Origin: Desulfobacterales bacterium
GTDB taxonomy: Bacteria; Desulfobacterota; Desulfobacteria; Desulfobacterales; UBA11574
NCBI GenBank assembly: GCA_041548585.1
Contig: JBFESJ010000003.1
Span: 1 to 49,172, forward strand
DNA: 49,172 nucleotides
Reading direction: 5' to 3'
Every line of letters begins with the position of its first letter. The first letter of the stretch is position 1. Shown here piece after piece: positions 1-9,041 of the stretch. The translations under genes and the position numbers were made by a program. The notes under the pieces were generated by a model, which was not told the DNA's origin, did no database searches, and saw nothing but the letters and a program-made list of their open reading frames with translations.

Positions 1-40
1 ACCCGACGAGCCCGTTGTAGCGAGGCGGAAATCTCGATTT

Positions 41-348
41 TATAGCAGTTACCAAAAATATGTTCCGATTTATCCGCCTTTGGTGTGGTTGAATTAATAA
101 CGGTCACAATTTGCCATAAGCCGCCGGATGATTTCGTTTAGGTAGGGAAGCTGTCTGAGCAAATTAGAGCGCGTTAAAGAGAACATCTTCGAAGTTTTTT
201 AAATTAGAAAATAAAATCAAACGACTACCCGATATTCTAAAAAGCCATGACCCTGTTCTCTCTTACGCGCTTTTGTTTGCGAGTTCTTGCCGACCTAAAC
301 GAAATTATCCGGCGGCTGAAACGGAATGTTATTCTGACAATAGCTATA
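41..348. mobile_element. Non-coding palindromic MITE-like element with TATAGC...GCTATA ends
   Basis: 41-78 matches the reverse complement of 311-348 at 26/38 ungapped; inner inverted repeat 119-150 vs 286-317 matches 29/32, with weaker pairing continuing inward; no ORF; TA ends. Confidence 0.55.
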
Positions 349-423
349 CAGGGCAACCGTATGTTTCCGTTCATCCACCGATGAAGAGATAGCCTGTGGC
401 TTTGTGCAAAAGACTTTAGATTC

Positions 424-1965
424 CTATATGGATTCCTCGTGAACGCGCAGCATTAAGGTCGGCACCAGCGCGAGCAAAAACGTAACGCCTGATATAAAGA
501 AACAATCATCAAAAGCGGCCACCATGGCTTCTTTCTTTATTATTAGATGTAAAACCGCAAGTGCTTTCTGGTAGGCCATGTTTTCCACACTTCCAAGTTT
601 CTGAAAAAACTCCTGAAGATACAAAAGAAAATGTTTGGTGGCAAAAGAACTTAGGTTCTGAGCCTGCGCAAAGAGAGAATGGTGAAAAACTTCCCGCCGA
701 TCCAGTATGGCACCGAGAGCCGCCACCCCAAATGCACCACCCACTTGCCGAGAAACGTTCATCAGTCCCGAACCAATGGCGGTCTTTTCCGGAGGTAAAC
801 ATTTAAGCGCCAGATTCATGATGGGCGGAAAAATAAATCCAATCCCCAATCCACGGATGATCATCATAAGGTAGGCCGTGGTTTTGGATGTCCTTAGATC
901 AACAAAAGAAAGCCAATATAGCGAAAGGGCCGAAAACAACACGCCAAGCGTAATGGGGATGCGTCCGTCCATCCGATCAGCCATGCGCCCAGACAACGGC
1001 AATACCACAGCGACAACCAATGCCATGGGCAACATGAGAAAGCCGGCCTGAAGCGCGGTATAGTCAAGCATACTTTCAAAATACAGTGGAATAAGGAACG
1101 TAGAGCCATAAAGGCCAAAGCCCTGGATGACGAAAACAAGCGTTGCCATTGTATGGGCAAAGGTTTTGTATACACTTAGATCAATAAACGGGTGCCGAGC
1201 AATGTGTTCGGCCCACAAAAATGATGCAAGCCCAAGAGCAGCAATGGTAAAAAGCGCCAGAATATAAAAAGAGGTCCACCCTTCTCGCTGACCCTGGCTA
1301 AGCGCCATAAGCAGGCTTCCAAGAAAAATTGCCATGGTTAAAAATCCCAGGATGTCAAAGTGCATTTTTCTTTTGTTCATGCCTGCATGCAGAATAATGG
1401 CTGCCAGAAAAATTCCAAGAAGACCGACAGGCACATTAATGTAGAAGATAAGATGCCAGGAAAAGTGTTCCGTAAGATAGCCGCCAAGAGTAGGGCCGAT
1501 AGCCGGACCAAAAGTGGCGCCGATGCCGTAAACCCCCATTGCAAGGCCCCGTTCTTCCGGTGGAAAGGCCTCAAAAATGATGACCATGGCAATGGGCATT
1601 AGGGCTCCGGCCCCGACGCCCTGAAAGACGCGAAAGACAATAAGCACGTCTACATTCCACGCTACTCCGCAAAAGACGGACGCCAGTGTAAAAATAACCA
1701 GGCTCGCGATAAAAAGGCGTTTGTTTCCGATTCTTGCACTCAGCCAGCCAACAGAAGGCATCATAATCGCCATGGCGATCATATATGCCGTGACAACCCA
1801 CTGGATCTTATCCACATTGACGCCGAATGCGGCCATAATTTTTGGCAGAGCCACATTGACAACGGTGGTATCAAGCACGACCAAGAATGCCCCGCTCATT
1901 ACCGCGACAACCACCAGCCATTTATAAAACGGTTTCTGATCCGCCCCTGTTGTGGTCGGCGTCAT
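424..1965 (-). CDS. DHA2 (EmrB/QacA) family MFS efflux permease
   Basis: 513 aa, very hydrophobic; LDTTVVNVALP, GWLSARIGNKR motif A, GPAIGPTLGG antiporter motif C. Confidence 0.93.
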   Translation of the reverse strand: MTPTTTGADQKPFYKWLVVVAVMSGAFLVVLDTTVVNVALPKIMAAFGVNVDKIQWVVTAYMIAMAIMMPSVGWLSARIGNKRLFIASLVIFTLASVFCGVAWNVDVLIVFRVFQGVGAGALMPIAMVIIFEAFPPEERGLAMGVYGIGATFGPAIGPTLGGYLTEHFSWHLIFYINVPVGLLGIFLAAIILHAGMNKRKMHFDILGFLTMAIFLGSLLMALSQGQREGWTSFYILALFTIAALGLASFLWAEHIARHPFIDLSVYKTFAHTMATLVFVIQGFGLYGSTFLIPLYFESMLDYTALQAGFLMLPMALVVAVVLPLSGRMADRMDGRIPITLGVLFSALSLYWLSFVDLRTSKTTAYLMMIIRGLGIGFIFPPIMNLALKCLPPEKTAIGSGLMNVSRQVGGAFGVAALGAILDRREVFHHSLFAQAQNLSSFATKHFLLYLQEFFQKLGSVENMAYQKALAVLHLIIKKEAMVAAFDDCFFISGVTFLLALVPTLMLRVHEESI

Positions 1966-3131
1966 TTGCTATTATTCCGGATGTCGATACCCACCACCAC
2001 CATCATGCCGGGCCGAAGCTGTTTGGCAGGATCGATTACCTCAATTCTTATGGGAATCCGCTGGGTCACCTTGGTAAAACTTCCAGAAGAACGGTTTTCA
2101 GGGATCAAAGAAAATTCCGAAGCGGCTGCAGCGCCGATGTTGATAACTTTGCCGGTAAATTTTGTTTTTGGATAGGCATCGACTTTAAGATCAACCGTCT
2201 GCTCCACCCGCACATGTTCAACTTTGGTCTCCTCTAAATTCGCTTCCACCCAAATGTTTTTCAGGTCGACGATGAGAGCAACGGGTTGACCCGCCTTAAT
2301 GACTTCAGAGATATTGGCTATTTTTTTGGCAACCACACCATCAATGGGGCTGTTTATCGTGGTGTGTGCCAATTTTAATTTTGCCAGCGCATGTGTGGAT
2401 TTGGCTTCTTCCAGTTTTCCTTTCAACGACGCCACCCGTTCTTGTTTCATTTTTACTTCACCGGTATTTGCTTCAGCCACTTTAAGCTTGGCCTGATTTT
2501 CATTTATTTCTTCCTCGGCCCTTAGCAATCTGGCTTGGGCCAATTCATGAGCAGCTCGAACCTTATCCATCTCGCTCTCTGAAACCGTCTTTCTTTTATA
2601 AAGCTTGCTGGTCCGCTTGAAATCCAATGTTGCCAAGCGCATGCTGGCCTTGGCTTCTTGCAAACGCGCCTGAGATGCAGATAGAACAGCAGCAGCCCGC
2701 TGAACTTCTTTTTCTGTTTTTTCTGTAACCAGTAATAAATCAGCTTTCGCCTCATTTAATGTGGCCTTGATGGCCTGAACCGAACCAGAAGCCACATCAA
2801 CGCTAGCCTGATAATCTTCTTCCCGGAGCTGGGCGATCAATTGTCCTTTTTTTATATGATCTCCTTCATGGATAGGCAGCCGTTTTATCTTTCCGGAAAC
2901 CGTCGAACTCACCGAAATCAGATCTCCTTTGACACGGGCATCGTCGGTACCGGCATGGGTAAAATAATAATGAAGCCAGCGAATGCCGTAAAAAGAAGCA
3001 ACGACGATTCCGAACACCAGAATAATTAGGAGAAATTTTTGGGACAGTTTTCGGAGCCTATTGGTGCTCAGAGATTTCGATTCGACGCGCTTGTCTTTTT
3101 GGGCCGTTGGATTTTTAATGTCTGGTTTCAT
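1962..3131 (-). CDS. EmrA/HlyD family membrane fusion protein
   Basis: Single N-terminal TM, TDDARV, coiled-coil hairpin, GSFTKVTQRIP...LRPGM; ATG at 3131 preferred (ORF open to 3158); 4-bp overlap with the MFS gene. Confidence 0.92.
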   Translation of the reverse strand: MKPDIKNPTAQKDKRVESKSLSTNRLRKLSQKFLLIILVFGIVVASFYGIRWLHYYFTHAGTDDARVKGDLISVSSTVSGKIKRLPIHEGDHIKKGQLIAQLREEDYQASVDVASGSVQAIKATLNEAKADLLLVTEKTEKEVQRAAAVLSASQARLQEAKASMRLATLDFKRTSKLYKRKTVSESEMDKVRAAHELAQARLLRAEEEINENQAKLKVAEANTGEVKMKQERVASLKGKLEEAKSTHALAKLKLAHTTINSPIDGVVAKKIANISEVIKAGQPVALIVDLKNIWVEANLEETKVEHVRVEQTVDLKVDAYPKTKFTGKVINIGAAAASEFSLIPENRSSGSFTKVTQRIPIRIEVIDPAKQLRPGMMVVVGIDIRNNSK

Positions 3132-3192
3132 AGCGTTTGATGAGAAGCGACTCGACAAGTCGTTAACTCCTTAGAATTTATTTAGAAATTGC

Positions 3193-4464
3193 TTACAATG
3201 GTTCCCGGGATGTCTCGAGGCTGAGTAGTTTGGGACCCTGCTTGATAATAAATTTTTCATCAACCGTTTCCCAGATCCACCCCGAGTAGCCGTACCCTCC
3301 CACCGGCTTGTTGACAAAGGCACCGACCCATGATTCCGATCTCCCCTGGTTGATGCCCACAGTACCAAAGCGCCCAAAAGTGATTTTATCCACTGGATGG
3401 CAATAGGGTTTTCCGACAAGTTGGTTACCGAAATTTACGGCCGTTTCATCTCCATACACCGAAGCCCTCAGTCCAAAACGATTGTCCCGGACCAGGCCCA
3501 GCGCTTCATCCGGATTCTCAAACGAGCAGATATAGCTCACGGGTCCAAAGGTCTCCTCCCGAACGCCCAGCATGTCGTGAGTGGCATTCACAACCACCGT
3601 GGGGTACACCATATGACCGTCTATACGACCGCCAAGAACAACCTGAGCGCCTTTGTCTACAGCGTCCTTGAGTTGGGCCTTGATATTCGCTACGGCTCGC
3701 TCACTGGCTACCGGTCCCATTTCCGTATTAGGATCAGCGGGATCCCCCGTTTTAACTTGACGGCTCAATTCTACAAACCGTTCCACAAATGCATCATGAA
3801 GGGATTCATGCACATAAACGCGCTCCGGCGCCGTGCAGGTTTGTCCCGCATAAATGTATTTGGAAAAGGAAAGTTCTCGGGCTGAAGATTCCAGATCAGC
3901 CCCTGGAAGAACAACAAAAGGGTCTTTTCCAGGCCCTTCAAAAACAAATTTCTTTTTGAACTTTTTAACGGCTGTCTCGTACTGCAGGGCATGATCATCG
4001 GAGCCAAATAAACAAATGGCCGGTATATTCGGGTTTGCAATGGCGTTTTTTAGAAAATTTCTGCCGTTGGCGTACTCAAACCGAATGGCGTCCCCAAATA
4101 TCGGTCTATAGAGGGATTCCATAAAACGGGAAATTTCTGACCCCCGCGTCGAAAATTTCACCCTTACTCGATTTCCCACAAGGAATATGGAAACAATGGC
4201 CGTGTTCAACCAGGCGCTGCCGTTATACGGCAGCAGCAGGGCAACTTCCTGGTCCGGTCGGCAAATCGGCTGCCGCTCGGCAAAGGCCGTGACCATCTTA
4301 TCAAAACCTTTCAGGTTGTCCAAATTCATATCCACTTCTATACGACATTCTCTGATGGTAAAGCCGGCATCCCGAACAGCGGTTTCGATCAATTGATCTC
4401 GATGGGCGGATACGGCCTCGACCAATTGATGAACCTGTTCGATTCTTTTTTCAACCGCTTCCAT
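3193..4464 (-). CDS. Aldehyde dehydrogenase family protein (short, divergent)
   Basis: EGPGKDP catalytic Glu region, GQTCTAPER catalytic Cys, EETFGPV, FGLRASVY. Confidence 0.88.
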   Translation of the reverse strand: MEAVEKRIEQVHQLVEAVSAHRDQLIETAVRDAGFTIRECRIEVDMNLDNLKGFDKMVTAFAERQPICRPDQEVALLLPYNGSAWLNTAIVSIFLVGNRVRVKFSTRGSEISRFMESLYRPIFGDAIRFEYANGRNFLKNAIANPNIPAICLFGSDDHALQYETAVKKFKKKFVFEGPGKDPFVVLPGADLESSARELSFSKYIYAGQTCTAPERVYVHESLHDAFVERFVELSRQVKTGDPADPNTEMGPVASERAVANIKAQLKDAVDKGAQVVLGGRIDGHMVYPTVVVNATHDMLGVREETFGPVSYICSFENPDEALGLVRDNRFGLRASVYGDETAVNFGNQLVGKPYCHPVDKITFGRFGTVGINQGRSESWVGAFVNKPVGGYGYSGWIWETVDEKFIIKQGPKLLSLETSREPL

Positions 4465-5083
4465 TTTCTCCTCCCTTCATAATACCCCGGCAAAAAATGT
4501 TGACCATGGTTTCAATGGCCTCTTTAAGCTCAATGGACTGAAGTGTTTCATCGCCGAATATTTTTTTAAGAAGAATAAAATAATTGACCATCCCCACCAG
4601 GCATCGGGATGCTATCTCCGGATCGACCGGGTTGAAAGCCCCTTCGTCAATACGCTCCCGAATGTACTCGGCAAGAAACTCGAAGAACCTGCGGACGGGG
4701 CCGGCCACAAACATTCCGGCCAACTCGTGGCCCTCAAGAGCGCTGAACAAGAGAAGCCTTAAAAACGTTGTGTCCTGGCTATAGCGCTGCATAAAGTTTG
4801 AGACGATTGTAGCGAAAACCCGTTCATCGTCTTTCTTTCTCATGGCATCGAGGGGATAATACAAAGGTTCGCTCTCTTGCATTTTTTGATCGATAATGGC
4901 GGAATACAGTTCTTCCTTGTCTTTGAAGTGGCTGTAGATCATGGCCTCGCTGATCCCGGCCCTCTCGGCAATCTTTCGTGTCGTCGAGCCGCTAAAGCCG
5001 CTTCTCGAAAAAACATCCATTGCAGCCCGAATGATCTCTTGGCGACGCTCATCGCCGGTCATTCGTTTTCTTTTGGATTCCAT
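4451..5083 (-). CDS. TetR/AcrR family transcriptional regulator
   Basis: IIRAAMDVFSRSGFSGSTTRKIAERAGISEAMIYSHFKDKEEL HTH; ATG 5083 preceded by AAGGTGGTG. Confidence 0.93.
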   Translation of the reverse strand: MESKRKRMTGDERRQEIIRAAMDVFSRSGFSGSTTRKIAERAGISEAMIYSHFKDKEELYSAIIDQKMQESEPLYYPLDAMRKKDDERVFATIVSNFMQRYSQDTTFLRLLLFSALEGHELAGMFVAGPVRRFFEFLAEYIRERIDEGAFNPVDPEIASRCLVGMVNYFILLKKIFGDETLQSIELKEAIETMVNIFCRGIMKGGENGSG

Positions 5084-5103
5084 CACACCACCTTGGTTGA
5101 ATC

Positions 5104-5140
5104 GTGCCCGAACGAAAACTTGGAGGTTTCGTTCGGGCAC
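5104..5140. repeat. Perfect 14-bp inverted repeat (strong hairpin) in the tetR leader
   Basis: GTGCCCGAACGAAA (5104-5117) / TTTCGTTCGGGCAC (5127-5140), 9-nt loop. Confidence 0.7.
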
Positions 5141-5338
5141 TAAATAAACACTTATGATTAATCTAATTCGCTTGACTTATTTAAGACTTGTTATTAAGAA
5201 TAGTTCATTTTTTAAATTGGAAAATTAATAAAAAAGTTTCCCGATGAATAGATGTCTATTAATGATTATTTAAAATAATCAAATCCGTTCTTATCGTGTA
5301 ATCAGAAAATTATTATGATCGGAAAGGCCTATCGTTTA

Positions 5339-5356
5339 TAAGTAATTATTTACTTA
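5339..5356. promoter_or_regulatory. Candidate TetR operator palindrome
   Basis: TAAGTAA-TTAT-TTACTTA in the divergent tetR/acyl-CoA synthetase gap; overlaps the -10 of a minus-strand TTGCTT-N17-TATTAA promoter-like element. Confidence 0.45.
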
Positions 5357-5436
5357 ATAAACAAAAGGCTTTTAAAAAGCAATCTATTTTTAGCCATCCC
5401 CTAAACACCTTGAACCACAACCATAAGGAACATTTT

Positions 5437-7524
5437 ATGAAAAAATTTTTTTATCCGGAATCCGTTGTTGTTGTCGGTGTTTCTGAATCTATGGATAACC
5501 TCGGCAAAAACATTATTTCAAATCTGGTTAATTTCGGTTATGCGGGAAAAATCTATGCCGTGGGGCCAAAGGGCGGCACCGTGATGGGACATCCGGTGTA
5601 TACGTCTGTTCTTGATATACCGGATACACCGGATCTCGCTGTTATTCTCACCCCCGCGCGTTTTATTCCTGAAGTTATCGCCCAGTGCGGGAAAAAGGGA
5701 ATTGGGCTTGCGATTATTGAATCCGCCGGTTTTAGGGAAATGGGGGAAGACGGCAAAAGCATTGAAAAGGATTTGCTCACTGCCGCCAAGCGATCGGGTA
5801 TCCGGTTTGTCGGTCCGAATTGTATGGGTGTGATCAATACGCAAAACGGCCTCTATGTTCCCTTTATCGCCCTGCCTTCTGAATTCAAGAAAGGTCCTGT
5901 CAGCGTGATGTCTCAAAGTGGCGGAATAGGGCTTTCTCTTGCAGAAGGGTTGAAACAGCCGGGAGTGGGGCTCAGCAAATGTGTGAGCATGGGAAACAAG
6001 CTCAATCTGGACGAAACAGACCTTCTGGCCTATTTGATGAAAGATCCGGATACCGATGTCATTTACTTTTATCTTGAAGATTTTAAGAGAGGAAAAGATT
6101 TTGCGGACCTCGCGTTTCAAACCACCAAACCGGTTATTCTCCACAAGTCAAATACAAACCCGTTAACCTATACCATCGCAAAATCCCATAGTGCGGCCCT
6201 GGCCGGGGATGATAAAATTGTTGACGCAGCGTGCGCATCTGCAGGCATTGTGAGGGTGACGTCCACAGAAGATGCGATTTTTGCCATTAAGGGTCTTTCC
6301 TTACCCCTTCTTGAGGGAAAAAACCTGGCGATTCTTTCCAGATCAGGGGGCCATGCAGTGGTTGCGGCGGATATGTGTTCAAAATACGGTTTCAATTTAC
6401 CCAAATTACATTCGAGCATCCTGGATGAAACCAGAAAACATTTTCGCGCCGGCGTCATAAAGATTGGTAACCCTCTGGACTTGGGGGATATTTTTGATCT
6501 TCAGGTGTATCCCCAAATCGCAGATAAAATTTTAAAACAACCAGATATCCACGGGATTGTTTACATTCATGTTTCCCATATGCAGATAGAAAAAAAAGAT
6601 ACCATACAGGTGTTGAAAAAACTCGCCGAACTCGCCGATCGGCACGGCAAGCCGATTGTCATCGTCGTAGAGGTTCCGCTTTCTTTTCACCCGGCATTAA
6701 AAAAACAATTGGATTATCCTTTTTTTATGGATCCTGTCCAAGCCTTCAAGGCTCTGACATTTCAATATCATTATACCGTATGCCGGCAAAAGAAAACCGG
6801 CACGGTTCAGAAAACGTCTTTTCCCCCAAAAGACAACATCAAAGCGTGGACAGATGGGATTTGCCAAAAAGATCGACATCCGTTGCTTCACGAATCTTTT
6901 GATCTTTTACATCGGATGGGTATTCCAACGGCGCCATGGCGTATGGTCACCACCTTTTCCGAGGCATGCAACGCTGCAAATGAAATCGGATATCCGGTGG
7001 TCATTAAAGCGGTATCTCTGGATCTTTTACACAAAAGTGATCAAGGCGGCATTGCACTCAATATCCCGGATACAGATGCGCTGGAAACGAAATGGAAAGA
7101 AATGCATTCTCGATTCAGCGGAATCATCGGTGTCGTGCTCCAAAAAATGATTTTCGCATCCCGAGAAATCATCATAGGGGCAAAAAGAGATCCGGTTTTT
7201 GGTCCAGCGGTATTGGTGGGGTTCGGAGGAATACTGGTGGAAGCGATACAGGATGTGAGTATGCGCCTTGCTCCGGTGGACGAACATGCAGCAAATGAAA
7301 TGATCCATCAGCTCCGCGGCGCGAGAATTCTTGGGCCCTTTCGTGGAATGAAAGCTGCTGATCGACAGGTTGTGACACAATGTCTGGTAAACGTATCACA
7401 ATTAATGTATCACTTTCCCGAAATTCAGGAACTGGATATCAATCCGCTGATCCTCTCCGATGATGGAAATTACGGGCTGGCATTGGATGCAAGGGTAATC
7501 TGTTCAAACAAAACGGACAAATAA
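5437..7524 (+). CDS. ADP-forming acyl/acetate-CoA ligase family protein (fused alpha-beta, no GNAT domain)
   Basis: FFYPESVVVVGVS CoA-binding start, GPNCMG, SQSGG, SHSAALAG phospho-His, GNPLDL, ATP-grasp C-terminus HKSDQGGI...ELDINPL; ATG 5437 after AAGGA. Confidence 0.9.
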   Translation: MKKFFYPESVVVVGVSESMDNLGKNIISNLVNFGYAGKIYAVGPKGGTVMGHPVYTSVLDIPDTPDLAVILTPARFIPEVIAQCGKKGIGLAIIESAGFREMGEDGKSIEKDLLTAAKRSGIRFVGPNCMGVINTQNGLYVPFIALPSEFKKGPVSVMSQSGGIGLSLAEGLKQPGVGLSKCVSMGNKLNLDETDLLAYLMKDPDTDVIYFYLEDFKRGKDFADLAFQTTKPVILHKSNTNPLTYTIAKSHSAALAGDDKIVDAACASAGIVRVTSTEDAIFAIKGLSLPLLEGKNLAILSRSGGHAVVAADMCSKYGFNLPKLHSSILDETRKHFRAGVIKIGNPLDLGDIFDLQVYPQIADKILKQPDIHGIVYIHVSHMQIEKKDTIQVLKKLAELADRHGKPIVIVVEVPLSFHPALKKQLDYPFFMDPVQAFKALTFQYHYTVCRQKKTGTVQKTSFPPKDNIKAWTDGICQKDRHPLLHESFDLLHRMGIPTAPWRMVTTFSEACNAANEIGYPVVIKAVSLDLLHKSDQGGIALNIPDTDALETKWKEMHSRFSGIIGVVLQKMIFASREIIIGAKRDPVFGPAVLVGFGGILVEAIQDVSMRLAPVDEHAANEMIHQLRGARILGPFRGMKAADRQVVTQCLVNVSQLMYHFPEIQELDINPLILSDDGNYGLALDARVICSNKTDK

Positions 7525-7604
7525 ACCCTGTTGCCCACAGATGATAAACTGAAACATATCTGAAACGCCCATGAAAGCGGCGTTAAAGAAAAAGGAAAAC
7601 ACCA

Positions 7605-8000
7605 ATGAAAGCTGTAAGAAATTTTTTTAAAAATGACAGATTCGCCGATCATGTCGGCATCGAACTTCTGGAAGTTTCTGAGGGACGGGCAAGAGCGAAA
7701 ATGGAGATTAAGGATCATCACTTAAATGGCGTCAATATAGCGCATGGCGGAGCGATTTTCTCCCTGGCGGATTTGGCGTTTGCCGTTGCTTCAAATTCGC
7801 ATCAAACCGTTGCCCTTAGCATCAATGTGAGTATCTCTTACGTAAAAGCATCTGTTGCCGGTGAAACACTCTTTGCCGAAGCAAATGAGGTATCGCTCAA
7901 TCCGAAACTGGCCACGTATGAAGTCCGTGTGACGGACGAAACCAATGATATCATCGCCATTTTTCTGGGAACCGTCTACAGAAAAAAAGATAGGATTTAG
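7605..8000 (+). CDS. PaaI-family hotdog-fold thioesterase
   Basis: HLNGVNIAHGGAIFSLADLAFAVASNS motif. Confidence 0.92.
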   Translation: MKAVRNFFKNDRFADHVGIELLEVSEGRARAKMEIKDHHLNGVNIAHGGAIFSLADLAFAVASNSHQTVALSINVSISYVKASVAGETLFAEANEVSLNPKLATYEVRVTDETNDIIAIFLGTVYRKKDRI

Positions 8001-8128
8001 GCGATCCTTACTTAAAGCCCTTTTTCTGTTCAGCGTAATGCTCAATATTGCTGTTTACCTCTTACAGGACTTCCGGACCTTTTTAGAGAGCTACCAATAG
8101 CTACATCATAAATTTTTTCCCATGTTTT

Positions 8129-8974
8129 TTACTTTGTCCGATCTTTTTTTGAACTGCTGTCCGCGTCTTGATCTTTGAAGAGCGTGTCAAACATAGCCGA
8201 TATTTTATCTCTGCTCATCTTCAGATAGTCCCGATCCTTTGAAAAAACTTCAAGTGTAATGGTATCGTCATAGCCGATATCCTTGAGGGATTTAGCAATT
8301 TCAGAAAAATTAACGGTCCCTGCCCCAACAGGTAAATGGTTGTCTGCTTCGCCGAGATTGTCGCTTACATGGATATGGCCGATTCGATCCGGAAACCTTT
8401 CTATAAACGTTACCGCTCTTTTTCCCCCGATATCCCCAATATGGGCATGTCCGGTATCAAGCGTCAGCTTAAGATTTGGAAATTTTTCGAATAATTCAGC
8501 AAAGTCCTCGGGTTCCACTAGGGAGTGGATTTTTGGAAACAAATTTTCGATACAAATGAAAAGCCCAAGCTGATCGGCTTTTTCCGTAATAGCATTGAGA
8601 CTTTCCAAGGCATATTCTCTTGCTTGATCCATTACAAAGATGCCGAGTCCCATAATATAACTGGGATGAAGCACCGCCTTGGGACATGCAAGCTCTGCAA
8701 CCACTTCGAGAGATTTGAGAACCTCATTCAGGGAAGCTTTTCTAATGCTATGGGTCAAATCCGCCGTATAAACAAAGGAGGGGAGGTGGCAAACAAGCTT
8801 CATATTGTGCCGATCGAGGGCTTTAAGGAGTCTTTTTTTCTCCTGACGAATTATGCTGTAATGCGCCTTTGGCGCATCCATGGTCAGCTCAAGGTAGTCA
8901 AATCCCAGTTCTGAAAAGGCCTCAAGCTCTTTAATAATGGGCCTGGCCGGAAAATTCATGGCGCCATAAAGCAT
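8129..8974 (-). CDS. Sugar phosphate isomerase/epimerase (AP endonuclease 2 TIM-barrel) family
   Basis: CIENL, LDTGHAH, HIHVSDN...DNHLPVGAG, TLEV metal-binding motifs. Confidence 0.88.
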   Translation of the reverse strand: MLYGAMNFPARPIIKELEAFSELGFDYLELTMDAPKAHYSIIRQEKKRLLKALDRHNMKLVCHLPSFVYTADLTHSIRKASLNEVLKSLEVVAELACPKAVLHPSYIMGLGIFVMDQAREYALESLNAITEKADQLGLFICIENLFPKIHSLVEPEDFAELFEKFPNLKLTLDTGHAHIGDIGGKRAVTFIERFPDRIGHIHVSDNLGEADNHLPVGAGTVNFSEIAKSLKDIGYDDTITLEVFSKDRDYLKMSRDKISAMFDTLFKDQDADSSSKKDRTK

Positions 8975-9041
8975 CTCTTTGACCTCCTCTCCTTTTTTAT
9001 ATGCTGTTCAGATGCGGATAACCTTATTTTTTTCTTGTCGG

